Source: an uncultured Verrucomicrobiota bacterium (GTDB lineage Bacteria > Verrucomicrobiota > Verrucomicrobiia > Methylacidiphilales > CAMAQI01). From it: 64,000 nt of DNA. Below are positions 1 through 10,454 of this stretch, piece after piece. The stretch lies in assembly GCA_964555235.1 (NCBI GenBank), contig CAZKRU010000007.1, positions 10,359 to 74,358 on the forward strand, written 5' to 3'. Within the stretch, counting starts at the first letter, position 1; each line of letters starts with the position of its first letter. Under the pieces are notes generated by a model. It was not told where the DNA came from, searched no databases, and saw only the letters and a list, made by a program, of their open reading frames with translations. The translations under genes and the position numbers were made by a program.

Positions 1-674
1 ACAAAGGCGAGCTCCTGCTCAATTTCACTCAAATGACGATGTTTCGGAATTCCATAAGCTCGCGCATTTTCATTCACTTCACAAAAAAGATAAGCTTCCT
101 CGGCTTTTTTTCCTGCGCCCGAAGTTCCGCTCAATGAATTCGCAATGATCGTCGCGGGATCAATCGCCCCAAGACGAAGCGCCGGAATCAGCGCAAGCAG
201 GATGCTGGTCGGATAGCAGCCGGGACAGGCGAGCAAGTCTCCCTTGGAAATTTCCTTTCGGTGAAACTCGGGCAAGGAATAGACCGCCTCTTTTAAAAGC
301 TCAGGTGCGGGATGGACGTGTCCGTAAAATTCTTGATAGGTCTCCGGGCTTTTCAGTCGAAAATCGGCACTCAAGTCAATGACAACCTTTCCCGCTTTTC
401 GCAAAGGAACGGCATATTCGGCGGAAACGCCGTGAGGAAGCGCCAGAAAAAAGACTTCAGCCCGGGTGGCCACTTGCTCCGGCGAGAGATTTTCAAACGC
501 CAACGAAGAGGAGGGCGAAAATCCAGAAATCAGATCACGAAGGAGTTGCCTCGCTTTTTGACGGGAAGTCACTGCCTTGAGAACGACCTGTGGGTGTAGC
601 GATAGGATGCGACAGAGTTCTTCTCCGGAATAACCCGAAGCACCGATAATTGCTACCTCCAAACGTGAGGACAT
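1..674 (-). CDS. argC: N-acetyl-gamma-glutamyl-phosphate reductase (runs off window start)
   Basis: Manual translation from ATG at 674: MSSRLEVAIIGASGYSGEELCRILSLHPQV..., later FLALPHGVSA, VIDLSADFRL and ACPGCYPTS motifs. Not in the ORF track because the stop lies outside the window. Confidence 0.95.
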   Translation of the reverse strand, partial: MSSRLEVAIIGASGYSGEELCRILSLHPQVVLKAVTSRQKARQLLRDLISGFSPSSSLAFENLSPEQVATRAEVFFLALPHGVSAEYAVPLRKAGKVVIDLSADFRLKSPETYQEFYGHVHPAPELLKEAVYSLPEFHRKEISKGDLLACPGCYPTSILLALIPALRLGAIDPATIIANSLSGTSGAGKKAEEAYLFCEVNENARAYGIPKHRHLSEIEQELAF

Positions 675-699
675 GAGGGTCCCTGGGAGGCGTCGCAGA

Positions 700-1098
700 T
701 TAACGCTTGGAGAACTGGAAGCGTTTACGAGCGCCCGGCTGACCGGACTTCTTACGTTCCTTCGAACGAGGATCCCGAGTCAAGAGACCGTGCTCACGAA
801 AAGAGCCACGGCTTTCGGGATTGAGCTTGAGCAGCGCACGAGCGATTGCCAAACGAAGCGCTCCTGCCTGTCCCATCGGTCCACCACCGGAGGTGCGAAC
901 CACGAGATCAAATTTTTTCGAATTTTCAGAAACTTCCAATGCCAGAAGTGCGTGATCCCGAAGATTGGTCGTCGGAAAGTATTCTTCGAACTCGCGTCCG
1001 TTGACCTTAATGGCGCCCGTGCCTTTGGAGAGTTGAACGGAGGCAACGGCTGTCTTACGACGTCCGGTTGCGAGGATGGGAGCTTCTGCGATTGCCAT
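700..1098 (-). CDS. rpsI: 30S ribosomal protein S9
   Basis: ATGRRKTAVA N-terminus; C-terminal KERKKSGQPGARKRFQFSKR; follows rplM. Confidence 0.98.
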   Translation of the reverse strand: MAIAEAPILATGRRKTAVASVQLSKGTGAIKVNGREFEEYFPTTNLRDHALLALEVSENSKKFDLVVRTSGGGPMGQAGALRLAIARALLKLNPESRGSFREHGLLTRDPRSKERKKSGQPGARKRFQFSKR

Positions 1099-1118
1099 AA
1101 ATTACCTGGTAATATTGA

Positions 1119-1547
1119 TTAAACGGAAAGCGTTTCGGGGTTCTGAGCCACATGAGGATGCTCGGTCCCTTTATAAACTCGGAGCTTGGTCATGATCGTA
1201 CGTCCCAGACGGTTGTGAGGAACCATTCCCTTCACCGCGGACTCAATCAAAAGCTCCGGACGACGCGCACGACGATGTTTGACCGTCTCAGACTTGTGTC
1301 CACCAATGTAACCCGAGTAGCTCATGTAGCTTTTCTGGGTTTCTTTTTGTCCGGTGAAGACCGCTTTCTCGGCGTTGATGACGACGACAAAGTCGCCGGT
1401 GTCGACGTGAGGAGTGAAAATGGCCTTATGTTTGCCACGAAGGATCACGGCAGCCTTTTCAGCTACCTGTCCCACGACCTGATTCGCGGCGTCAATGACG
1501 TACCATTTACGGTTCAAATTTTCTGCTTTTGCGCTAAACGTTTTCAT
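1119..1547 (-). CDS. rplM: 50S ribosomal protein L13
   Basis: RKWYVIDA, LRGKHKAIFTPHVDTGDFVVVINAEK, HPHVAQNP motifs. Confidence 0.98.
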   Translation of the reverse strand: MKTFSAKAENLNRKWYVIDAANQVVGQVAEKAAVILRGKHKAIFTPHVDTGDFVVVINAEKAVFTGQKETQKSYMSYSGYIGGHKSETVKHRRARRPELLIESAVKGMVPHNRLGRTIMTKLRVYKGTEHPHVAQNPETLSV

Positions 1548-1676
1548 AGTTCCAATCTTTTAAAAAAGAGCGTGTTATTTAATCGCATTGAGGCGTCGCG
1601 TCAATCTTTTTTCCGGTTTTTTTTCAACATCCCCTGATTTACCTCGAAGATTGGATGAAACCAACTTCGCATTTAA

Positions 1677-2819
1677 TCACACAGATTCCACCAAGCGTTC
1701 GTTATTTGCTACCGGTTCATACCAAGTATTTCGCTGCATCGGTTCGCGTCCCGCTTCACGAATCGCATGCTCCATTCGCCGGATTGTTTGCTCTTGCGGA
1801 GTTTTCGATCCGGCCATGTGAAAGATGCGCTCTTGTTGAATCGTTCCATGAAGATCATCCACTCCGTAACTGAGCGCAATCTGCGCCAGAGGAAGCCCCA
1901 GACTGATCCAGTACGCCGTCAGATGGTCAAAATTATCAAGATAGATTCGACTGACCGCGAGCGTTCGGAGATCATCTTGAGCCGTGGTTTTTGGGAGATG
2001 AGAAAGTTGATTGTGTTCCGGCTCAAAGGCAAAAGGGATGAATGCCGTAAATCCGTGAGTTTCATCCTGCAACTCCCGGAGGCGTCGAAGATGGTCCACG
2101 CGATGGGAGAAATTTTCGATATGGCCGTAAAGCATCGTGCAAGTGCTCCGACCTCCGATTTGATGCCAGAGACGGTGGACCTCAATCCACTCTTCCGCCG
2201 TCTCCTTGCCGCGACAGATTTGATCGCGAATGATGGGGTCAAAAATTTCAGCTCCGCCACCGGTCAGGGAGTCGAGACCGATTTCTTTGAGAATTTGAAG
2301 CACTTCCAAAATCGGCTTGCGCGTCACCCGCTCGGCAAGATGACGGATCTCCACGGCCGTAAATGCCTTTACGGCCATCCCGGGGCATGCGGCTTTGATT
2401 CCTTGAATGAACTCCAGGTAATATGAAAAGGGAAGTTTCGGATGTAGGCCGCCGACCAGATGGACTTCAATCATCCCTTGATCATAAGCGGCTTTTGCCT
2501 CCGCGATCATCTCTTCGGGTGAGAACTCAAAGGCCCCCTCCTGGCCCTTGCGACGATAAAAAGCGCAAAATTGGCAGCTTAGGATACAGATGTTGGAGTA
2601 ATTAATGTAACGATTGAGAATGTAGGTGGCGATGTTTCCACTTTTGCGTTCGCGAACGTGATTCGCAAGGAAGCCGAGTACGTTTAAATCGCGACACTCG
2701 AAGAGACGCAGCGCCTCGTCGTCCGTAATTCGTTGTGAAGAAAAAATCTTCTCTGCGATCTCTTGAAGACCTGCGGCTAGAATCCTGCGTTGCATGAGGA
2801 TGTCAAAGCAATCAACCAC
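1677..2819 (-). CDS. mqnE: Aminofutalosine synthase, radical SAM (CofH/MqnE family); start may be ATG at 2795
   Basis: NYSNICILSCQFCAF CxxxCxxC motif, EVHLVGGLHP, GGGAEIF, TMLYGHIE, AYWI, GVDDLHGT, ERIFHMAG. Confidence 0.85.
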   Translation of the reverse strand: MVDCFDILMQRRILAAGLQEIAEKIFSSQRITDDEALRLFECRDLNVLGFLANHVRERKSGNIATYILNRYINYSNICILSCQFCAFYRRKGQEGAFEFSPEEMIAEAKAAYDQGMIEVHLVGGLHPKLPFSYYLEFIQGIKAACPGMAVKAFTAVEIRHLAERVTRKPILEVLQILKEIGLDSLTGGGAEIFDPIIRDQICRGKETAEEWIEVHRLWHQIGGRSTCTMLYGHIENFSHRVDHLRRLRELQDETHGFTAFIPFAFEPEHNQLSHLPKTTAQDDLRTLAVSRIYLDNFDHLTAYWISLGLPLAQIALSYGVDDLHGTIQQERIFHMAGSKTPQEQTIRRMEHAIREAGREPMQRNTWYEPVANNERLVESV

Positions 2820-3395
2820 TCAAATCGAGAAGTAGGAAACCACTTTCCACTTCTCACTGCGACCGCGTCCCAGAACAATCGTTTCGCGAACGGAAGACTT
2901 TTTTTCAAGTCCAACGGTAAATTCAAATTGGTAATACTCTCCATCGGGGAGCGAGGCGTAGGATTTTTGTACGGTTGCCGAGAGGAGTTTACGCTCCTGG
3001 GTTATTTTTCCGAAATTTCTCCATTTGTCGCGGTCAAAAACGGGATCAAAGCACCAATTCTGCCCTCCGTCCTTCGGTTCCCACTGATAGGTTCCGGCCC
3101 TGGCCCAGCCTCGACGATCCAGAGCCTCCAAAAATTTTAGCGCGGTATCGAGTGACTGACCTGCAGGACTATCCTTCTCAATCGTGGAGATGTCCACATT
3201 GGTAGTCGATATTTCAGGGTTCATGGGGGGAGGAGGCAGAACGGGAGCCATCGGTTTTACCTCGTTGGTCAAGACCTTTGTCTTGTCACTTTCCGTACTG
3301 GGATCGGAGCTTTCCATCGCGCCTTGAGCCTGTAGGAAGCAGACAGGGACAAGATAGAGCCCCAGAAAAATGGATCGGAAATACTGGAAATTCAT
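2820..3395 (-). CDS. Exported protein, DUF4019-like
   Basis: Signal-peptide-like N-terminus; C-terminal LPDGEYYQFEF...VRETIVL...WKVVSYF resembles DUF4019. Confidence 0.6.
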   Translation of the reverse strand: MNFQYFRSIFLGLYLVPVCFLQAQGAMESSDPSTESDKTKVLTNEVKPMAPVLPPPPMNPEISTTNVDISTIEKDSPAGQSLDTALKFLEALDRRGWARAGTYQWEPKDGGQNWCFDPVFDRDKWRNFGKITQERKLLSATVQKSYASLPDGEYYQFEFTVGLEKKSSVRETIVLGRGRSEKWKVVSYFSI

Positions 3396-3492
3396 GCTGC
3401 TATGTTTAGCAAAGGGTTACGGAAGGTTGCAAGCGTGGAAATGAGCGGACTTGCCAAGTCGAAGGAGTTCGCGCAGAACGTCTCTCCGATTT

Positions 3493-5118
3493 ATGAGTGG
3501 TACCGATCAGGAAATGGTGACAGCAATCGCCCGTCGAAGAACCTTTGCGATTATCTCGCATCCGGATGCGGGTAAAACGACGCTGACCGAAAAGTTTTTG
3601 CTTTACGGTGGGGCTGTTCAGTTGGCGGGAAGCGTGACGAGTCGAAAAAATCAGCGCGCAACGACAAGCGACTGGATGGAGTTGGAAAAGCAGCGTGGAA
3701 TCTCCGTCTCCTCAACGGTCCTCCAATTTGAATACAACGGATGTGTGGTGAATCTCCTGGATACCCCCGGCCACAAGGATTTCTCCGAGGATACGTATCG
3801 GGTCCTTTCTGCGGTCGATGCAGCCGTCATGGTCGTCGATGCAGCGAAGGGGATTGAGACGCAAACCCGAAAACTCTTTGAAGTCTGTCGTCGTCGTGGG
3901 GTTCCAATTTTTACCTTCATGAACAAACTCGATCGCTCGTGTCGTCCTCCACTCGAGTTGCTGGATGAATTGGAATCCGTTTTGGGAATTCATGCTTATC
4001 CACTGAACTGGCCTCTCGGGGATGGACGCGATTTCAAGGGCGTTTATGATCGGGAAAAATCGGAGGTAAATCTCTTCGAGAGAACTCCCGGCGGCGCCTA
4101 TCGAGCTCCGGTTTCTGTTAGCAATATTCAAGATCCCTCGGTTCGTGAGGCACTCGCTCCGGGAGTTTACGCACAAGTCTGCGAAGAACTTGATCTTCTC
4201 GATGGTGCAGGGGTTGAGTTTGATGTGAAACAAATTCTTTCCGGTAAACTAACCCCAGTTTTTTTTGGAAGCGCCGCCAATAACTTTGGGGTTCAATTCC
4301 TTTTGGATCAATTTTTGCGATTGGCGCCTCCTCCGGTTGGTCGTCTGAGCGGTGACCGGTTGGTTGAGCCTGCCAACGAAGCCTTTTCTGGCTTTGTCTT
4401 CAAAATTCAAGCGAACATGAATCCGCGCCATCGGGATCGGGTGAGCTTCATTCGAGTCGTCTCCGGGGTCTTTCGTCGCGACATGAACGTCACTCATATT
4501 CAGTCGGGAAAGACCGTACGACTCTCGAACTCCCAACGGCTTTTCGCACAAGAACGGGAGACGGTTGACGAGGCTTATGCCGGTGATGTGGTCGGCATTG
4601 TCGGAAACTACGACTTTGGAGTTGGCGATACTTTAACGGAGGATCCAACGATTTGCTTCCGGGAGATTCCGCGCTTTGCGCCGGAATGTTTTGCGTATCT
4701 TCACAATCCGACGACGGCGAAGTACAAGCGTTTCCGGGAGGGGCTGACCCAGCTTTTGCACGAAGGAGTCGTTCAGCAGTTTTTGATTCCCCAAGATCTT
4801 CAACGGGTTCCGTTGCTCGGCGCCGTCGGACCGCTTCAGTTTGAAGTCGTTCAGTATCGTCTTGAGAGCGAATATGGAGCCGATGCGCGCTTGGAAGTCG
4901 TTTCATGGAAACTCATTCGCTGGCTCAAGCGAAAAGAGGGAGGCGAACTCGGTAAAGTCGAGATGTCCTCCGGAGTCGTCCTTGCGGAAGATGCGGAGGG
5001 GGGAACCGTTGCGCTGTTTGAGAGTTCCTGGGGGATGAGTTATTTTGCCGAACGAAACCCTGATTTGGAATTGTCAGAATTACCTCCGGCGCGCCTTGCT
5101 GCAGATGTAAAATCTTAA
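3493..5118 (+). CDS. prfC: Peptide chain release factor 3
   Basis: RRRTFAIISHPDAGKTTLTEK, SDWMELEKQRGISV, DTPGHKDFSEDTYR, GAVGPLQFEV. Confidence 0.97.
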   Translation: MSGTDQEMVTAIARRRTFAIISHPDAGKTTLTEKFLLYGGAVQLAGSVTSRKNQRATTSDWMELEKQRGISVSSTVLQFEYNGCVVNLLDTPGHKDFSEDTYRVLSAVDAAVMVVDAAKGIETQTRKLFEVCRRRGVPIFTFMNKLDRSCRPPLELLDELESVLGIHAYPLNWPLGDGRDFKGVYDREKSEVNLFERTPGGAYRAPVSVSNIQDPSVREALAPGVYAQVCEELDLLDGAGVEFDVKQILSGKLTPVFFGSAANNFGVQFLLDQFLRLAPPPVGRLSGDRLVEPANEAFSGFVFKIQANMNPRHRDRVSFIRVVSGVFRRDMNVTHIQSGKTVRLSNSQRLFAQERETVDEAYAGDVVGIVGNYDFGVGDTLTEDPTICFREIPRFAPECFAYLHNPTTAKYKRFREGLTQLLHEGVVQQFLIPQDLQRVPLLGAVGPLQFEVVQYRLESEYGADARLEVVSWKLIRWLKRKEGGELGKVEMSSGVVLAEDAEGGTVALFESSWGMSYFAERNPDLELSELPPARLAADVKS

Positions 5119-5174
5119 GTTTTTTTGATCTCCTCCTTATAGCAAGTTGATAAAAACTGCAGCCGCGTGTTGTT

Positions 5175-5253
5175 AAATCAGGAACTCACGAACTCAGGAA
5201 AAAAAGGGTAATCCCATTGGCTTTTTTCTCTTGAGTTCCTGAGTTCTAGATTT
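5175..5253. repeat. Intergenic imperfect palindrome (REP-like or terminator)
   Basis: AAATCAGGAACTCACGAACTCAGGA ... TCTTGAGTTCCTGAGTTCTAGATTT, with 9-nt internal periodicity; downstream of prfC. Confidence 0.6.
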
Positions 5254-5340
5254 ACTTGAGGTCATGAGATTTTTTAGAGTGCGCCAAACGTCGCGGTTCG
5301 AAACTTGCGCTTTGAGTAATAATCCCTAGAGCTTGACCCC

Positions 5341-8300
5341 ATGACGCTTGCAGAACTCTCCATTCGACGCCCGGTCATGGCGTGGATGTTGATGGCGGCG
5401 CTCATCATTTTTGGATGTATTGGATTGGGGCGGTTGGGCGTCAGTCAGCTTCCTGACTACGATTTTCCGGTTTTGAATGTCAACGTCAGTTGGCCAGGAA
5501 CGGCACCGGAATTCATTGAGGCAGAAATTGTTGATCGGTTGGAAGAACAACTGATTACCGTTGAAAAAATCAAAGATATCAGTTCGAGCATCAAGCAGGG
5601 GAGCGCCAATATCACGCTTGAGTTTGAGTTTGATCGAAACATCGATGCAGCCCTCCAGGAGGTTCAATCGAAGATCGCGGGTGTTCGAATGCCCAAAAAT
5701 GTAGATCCTCCGACGATTGGCAAATCTAATCCAGATGACCAACCGATCCTTTATATTGGAATTTCGAGTTCTCGCCCATTGAAGGATTTGATCGTCTATT
5801 CCGAGGTCCACCTTCGGGACCAGTTTCAGATTATTCCCGGCGTCGGGGATGTTTTTATCTCAGGCGGAGCCGCACGGGCACTTCGGATTTGGATCGATCC
5901 GGCAAAACTTCGCGAATACGAAATCACCGTCGTCGATGTTCGAAAGGCGATCGAGATGGAGCATTACGAAGTTTCCGCAGGTTATCTTGAAAATGCGAAA
6001 CAAGAGACCAATCTTCGCGTCATGGGGGAGGGAATGAGCGTGGAACAAATCGAAAATATCCGACTCTTACAGAGGGGAGGGAGTCCGATTTATAATTCCA
6101 ATATCCGAATTCGTGACATTGCCCGAGTGGAGAATGGCCTTACCGATGTGCGACGCGTTGCCCGTGTTCAAGGGAAGCCGGGAATCGGGATTGGAATTAA
6201 AAAACAACGGGGAACCAATGCGGTGGACGTGGCTCAACGTGTCAAAAAGCGAATGGAGGAGCTCGCCAAAACATTGCCGCCCGATATCGAAATGGGGGTG
6301 AATTTTGATGCAACGAGGTTCATTGAGGAATCGATCCATGAAACGATGTTCACCCTCGTTCTTTCCGCACTGATTACCGGCTTGATCTGTTTTCTCTTTC
6401 TGGGGACATGGAGTTCCACTTTTAATATTCTCCTCTCGATTCCGACTTCAATCATCGGGACCTTTCTCATTCTCTACGGGATGGGCTTCACTTTGAATAT
6501 GTTTACGTTGTTGGGACTCTCGCTGGCGATTGGAATTGTGGTGGATGACGCCATCATGGTGCTGGAGAATATTGTTCGCCATGCCGAAATGGGAAAGGAT
6601 CGGGTAACCGCCGCACGGGATGGAGCCAAGGAGATTACTTTTGCCGCAGTCGCCGCGACCGTTTCGGTCATGGCCATTTTCGTTCCGGTTCTTTTCGTCT
6701 CGGGGACTATTGGAAAGTTTTTATTCCAATTCGGCGTGGCGATTACCGGGGCTGTGGCGCTTTCCCTCTTGGAGGCATTGACCATCACCCCCATGCGCTG
6801 CTCTCAATTTTTGGCAGTAGGAGGGAATCAATCAAACTTTGAGCAGAAAGTGAACGGTTTCTTTGAGAAGACCGCTCTCAACTATCGAAGTTCCCTCGAG
6901 TGGTGCCTGAATCATCGTTGGAAAGTTGTCGGAGGAGCGCTTCTCTTTTTTGTACTTTCCCTCGGTTCAGCAAAATTGCTTCGAGGAGAAATTGTCCCCC
7001 CTCAGGATCAAAGCATGTTTCTGCTGCGACTCCAATCTCCGATTGGAACCTCCCTCTGGGGAACAGAGAAGCTCGTGGTCCAGGTCCAGGAAGAACTCCT
7101 GAAGTGGCCGGAAGTTCGTCGCATTTTTGCATCCGTCGGAGGAATGACTGGCGGAGATGTGACCACGGGAATCATCTTTCTCAGTCTCAAGCCTGCCAAG
7201 GAACGGGAAGCAAGCCAGGAGGAGTTAATGCAGCGGGCTCGGGAGAAGCTAGGGAAGATTCCTGGTTTGAAGCTCGCGGTTCAGGATTTATCGATGAGGG
7301 GCTTTACGGCCCGTCGTGAATTTCCGATTGAGTTTGCGATTCGAGGGGCCGATTGGGATCAACTTCGTACGATCAGCGAACAATTTCTGAAGGAAATTGA
7401 GGCTGGAGGTCTGATGACCGATTTGGATACAGATCATAAAATTGGACAACCGGAAATTCAAGTGATTCCGAATCGCGAAGCGGCCGCTCAGAGCGGAGTC
7501 AGCATGCAGACCATTGGTGATACGATCGAGGCTTCAATGGGGGGAGTGCATGAGGGTAAATTTACAAGTGATGGACGTCGTTACGATGTCTGGCTTAAAT
7601 TTGATCAACCGGATCGAAGCGAGGCGGAGTCCATGGATGCGCTTCAGGTTCGCACTGCATTTGGTGAACTCATTCCGTTGAGTCGCGTGGTCAAATTGGA
7701 AAAAATCAATACTGTTCAACAGATTACACGTCGAAATCGGGAGCGTTCCATAACGATCTTTGCCAACATCCTGCCGGGCAAATCACAGGCTGAGGCAATC
7801 AAGAAAGTGGAGGCGATTGGAAAACGGATCCTTCCGGATGGGTATCGCCTCTACTGGAGTGGGGGAGCCCAGGCGTTTCAAGAATCGCTTAAAAGCGGGA
7901 TTGTCGTCCTGCTGATGGGAATTATGGTCGCCTATATGATTCTTGCGTCACAGTTCAATAGTTTTCTCCATCCGATCACCGTACTTCTGGCGCTCCCATT
8001 CAGCATTAGTGGCGCATTGCTTGCGCTTTTGGCAACGAACCAATCGATCAATCTCTACAGCTTTATCGGGATGATTCTCCTGATGGGAATTGTGAAGAAG
8101 AACTCGATTCTCTTGGTGGAATTCACCAATCAAAAACGTGCAGGCGGACTGTCTTTAAAAGAAGCGATCCTGACCGCAAGCCCCATCCGGCTTCGACCAA
8201 TTTTGATGACTTCCATTGCGACGATGGCTGCCGCGCTCCCTCCTGCATTGGCATTGGGACCTGGAGCCGAGAGTCGCATTCCGATGGCCGTAACAATCCT

Positions 8301-8415
8301 CGGAGGAGTTTTTGTTTCGACTTCCCTCACGCTTTTTGTCATTCCCTGCGCCTACAGTCTGTTCGCTCCCCTGGAACGACGTCCTCCTGGAAAAGAGGAT
8401 ATGGCAGGACTCTAA
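5341..8415 (+). CDS. RND efflux permease (AcrB/AcrD/AcrF family)
   Basis: 1024 aa; SIRRPV N-terminus, GIVVDDAIMVLENI, GIVKKNSILLVEF and RLRPILMTS motifs. Confidence 0.95.
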   Translation: MTLAELSIRRPVMAWMLMAALIIFGCIGLGRLGVSQLPDYDFPVLNVNVSWPGTAPEFIEAEIVDRLEEQLITVEKIKDISSSIKQGSANITLEFEFDRNIDAALQEVQSKIAGVRMPKNVDPPTIGKSNPDDQPILYIGISSSRPLKDLIVYSEVHLRDQFQIIPGVGDVFISGGAARALRIWIDPAKLREYEITVVDVRKAIEMEHYEVSAGYLENAKQETNLRVMGEGMSVEQIENIRLLQRGGSPIYNSNIRIRDIARVENGLTDVRRVARVQGKPGIGIGIKKQRGTNAVDVAQRVKKRMEELAKTLPPDIEMGVNFDATRFIEESIHETMFTLVLSALITGLICFLFLGTWSSTFNILLSIPTSIIGTFLILYGMGFTLNMFTLLGLSLAIGIVVDDAIMVLENIVRHAEMGKDRVTAARDGAKEITFAAVAATVSVMAIFVPVLFVSGTIGKFLFQFGVAITGAVALSLLEALTITPMRCSQFLAVGGNQSNFEQKVNGFFEKTALNYRSSLEWCLNHRWKVVGGALLFFVLSLGSAKLLRGEIVPPQDQSMFLLRLQSPIGTSLWGTEKLVVQVQEELLKWPEVRRIFASVGGMTGGDVTTGIIFLSLKPAKEREASQEELMQRAREKLGKIPGLKLAVQDLSMRGFTARREFPIEFAIRGADWDQLRTISEQFLKEIEAGGLMTDLDTDHKIGQPEIQVIPNREAAAQSGVSMQTIGDTIEASMGGVHEGKFTSDGRRYDVWLKFDQPDRSEAESMDALQVRTAFGELIPLSRVVKLEKINTVQQITRRNRERSITIFANILPGKSQAEAIKKVEAIGKRILPDGYRLYWSGGAQAFQESLKSGIVVLLMGIMVAYMILASQFNSFLHPITVLLALPFSISGALLALLATNQSINLYSFIGMILLMGIVKKNSILLVEFTNQKRAGGLSLKEAILTASPIRLRPILMTSIATMAAALPPALALGPGAESRIPMAVTILGGVFVSTSLTLFVIPCAYSLFAPLERRPPGKEDMAGL

Positions 8416-8429
8416 CCGAAGATCATCCT

Positions 8430-8921
8430 ATGAAATCCCCGTTCATTTGCCTCTTCCTTCTCCTCACTCCAATCTTTGCCGGAGAATTATCCATTCAGAG
8501 TCCTGACACGGCTCAGACCTTTGTGTTTGGATCCACCAAGACCCGCTCGTTGCGTTGGAACGATAAAAAACAACTCCTCTCTGCGGAGATCACTTTCACC
8601 AACGAAAGCTACTCCGACTCCAATAATTCCAGCACCTCTGAAAGTTTCAGCTTTGCGCTTCCAGGTATCTGGTATGACGAAAAATCCCAAACCTTTTACG
8701 CAAAAACTCCCCAAGGCGAAGTTCTTCCCGTAGCAAAAAGACAAAAGAAGTTTATCGGATCATCGATTGAGCCGACCGAAAACGCGAGAATCCGTGTCCA
8801 GCGGGTTCGGGGAAAAGTCGCTGTCATCCTAGAAGCGGTTGATGAGGGACAGGTTCAAGCGGCGAAAGCCAAGGGGGAGCTCCCGAAGGAACAGAGCATC
8901 AATTCCTTGCTTTCCCATTAA
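8430..8921 (+). CDS. Exported hypothetical protein
   Basis: 163-aa ORF with signal-peptide-like N-terminus, directly after the RND gene. Confidence 0.7.
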   Translation: MKSPFICLFLLLTPIFAGELSIQSPDTAQTFVFGSTKTRSLRWNDKKQLLSAEITFTNESYSDSNNSSTSESFSFALPGIWYDEKSQTFYAKTPQGEVLPVAKRQKKFIGSSIEPTENARIRVQRVRGKVAVILEAVDEGQVQAAKAKGELPKEQSINSLLSH

Positions 8922-9023
8922 GATGGTGCCGGGGGCTTGAGAAACATTTTCCATTCTCTCGTTTAGCCCCAAAGAAGAGGTGAGGGCCTTGACTTCGGGC
9001 GGGGGAGCGGGATACCTTGCGCC

Positions 9024-9959
9024 ATGCGAACTTCGCTTTTATTTTCAGGAATCGGGATGGTGGTCGGTGCTTTGTGCATGGCCGCCTACACGTACACGGT
9101 GGGTGACCATCGTGCGTTGATCGAGACCCAAAGCAAACTGGAGACGGTCCAACAAACAGTCACCGCCTCGCTTAAAATGACCGAAACGCTTCAGGCAAAA
9201 TTGAAAGCAAGTGAGGAAGAGACCTCCCGATTAACGAAGTCGCGAGGCGAATTGCTCTCCCAGATAGAAGAACTGCAAAAGAAGCCGACTTTTACGGCTC
9301 CGGCGGCAGTTCCCGATAAAAAGAATGACTTTTTGAAGTCCATTACTCAGAAGCAGATGGCGCGAATGCAGAAGGACAAACTCTTGCTTCTCAAAACGCG
9401 TCTCAAACTGACTCCCACGCAAGAGGCCCAAGTCCAATCAAGCCTTGAGGCTGAAGGCAAGCGCATGGAGACGCTCACCAGTAAAATGTTTCAAGGAGAG
9501 AAATCGGATCCCGCTGCATTGGCAAAGGAAATGACCGGTTTTAAGACTTTGGATCAGGAACTGGAGACGATTTTGACTCCTGAGCAAAAGCGCGAGTACG
9601 AGTTGATGAAAAAGGACGAGGAAAAGAACCAGATGGAGACCATGGCGACGTTTGAGATGAACCAGACAGCGCCTTTACTTGGACTGAACGAAGCGCAGAA
9701 AGATCAATTTTATACGGCCATCTATCAGGCGGAAGAGACGATGAAACAGCCGGATTGGATGAAGAAATACGAAACCCCAGGAATCGCTCCCTCCACCGAC
9801 CCAATGCATTATATGCAATTGCGAGATAAGGCGAAAATCGATGCCGTCTCCAAGATTTTGACACCCGATCAACTGGCGCTCTACCAGAAGAAACTACAGT
9901 CCGATGCCGCCCTCCAGAAAGAGATGATGGAGAAGTTTATGCCAGGGAAAACTCCGTAA
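9024..9959 (+). CDS. Membrane-anchored coiled-coil protein with LTxxQ-like helical repeats
   Basis: N-terminal TM helix; repeats LKLTPTQ, ILTPEQ, LGLNEAQ, ILTPDQ. Confidence 0.7.
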   Translation: MRTSLLFSGIGMVVGALCMAAYTYTVGDHRALIETQSKLETVQQTVTASLKMTETLQAKLKASEEETSRLTKSRGELLSQIEELQKKPTFTAPAAVPDKKNDFLKSITQKQMARMQKDKLLLLKTRLKLTPTQEAQVQSSLEAEGKRMETLTSKMFQGEKSDPAALAKEMTGFKTLDQELETILTPEQKREYELMKKDEEKNQMETMATFEMNQTAPLLGLNEAQKDQFYTAIYQAEETMKQPDWMKKYETPGIAPSTDPMHYMQLRDKAKIDAVSKILTPDQLALYQKKLQSDAALQKEMMEKFMPGKTP

Positions 9960-10040
9960 TCAGAGGTCCTATGGATTCTGTCGCAAAAATGTCACATTTC
10001 CGGTGATGCAATTTCATTCAAAACTTCCTAGGATTGCTCC

Positions 10041-10337
10041 ATGAGAATCTATTACTTCTTTATCGTCTTGGTGGTTTCAATGGCATTTCTCCAAGCGGGT
10101 CCGAGTGAAGAACGGAGTGGAGTCATCTCATTCAAAGGAAGAGTGACGGCAGTTGATAGTAATGCGAATCGTCCCGGATTTAGCTTCACCGCAGTGGATT
10201 CCGAAGGAAGAGTGAAGATGTTTTACATCGATAACCTGAAACACTTGGATCTCAATGACCGGGTGGAACTTCACTATCGTAACACCGGCAAATTTCCGTT
10301 AAGCGTGACTCGCATTCGCTTCCTCCAGCCTCAATAG
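10041..10337 (+). CDS. Small exported hypothetical protein (possible OB-fold)
   Basis: Signal peptide; beta-rich FKGRVTAVD...LNDRVELHY. Confidence 0.6.
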   Translation: MRIYYFFIVLVVSMAFLQAGPSEERSGVISFKGRVTAVDSNANRPGFSFTAVDSEGRVKMFYIDNLKHLDLNDRVELHYRNTGKFPLSVTRIRFLQPQ

Positions 10338-10342
10338 TTGTT

Positions 10343-10429
10343 TCTCGCCAAGTCCGCCAAGACGCCAGGAAACCCTCTTTTGTTTTTAGATCGAATGCAA
10401 TCCTTCGCGACTTGGCGGACTTCGCGAGA
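10343..10429. repeat. REP-like palindrome between convergent genes (possible bidirectional terminator)
   Basis: TCTCGCCAAGTCCGCCAAGACGCCAGGA pairs imperfectly with TCCTTCGCGACTTGGCGGACTTCGCGAGA. Confidence 0.65.
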
Positions 10430-10454
10430 GACAGCGAATTTCCCTAGCAGTCGT

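Noticed and set aside
5341-8415. RND pump without adjacent MFP/OMF genes as a novelty
   Set aside because: Orphan RND permeases are common and partners may be encoded elsewhere.
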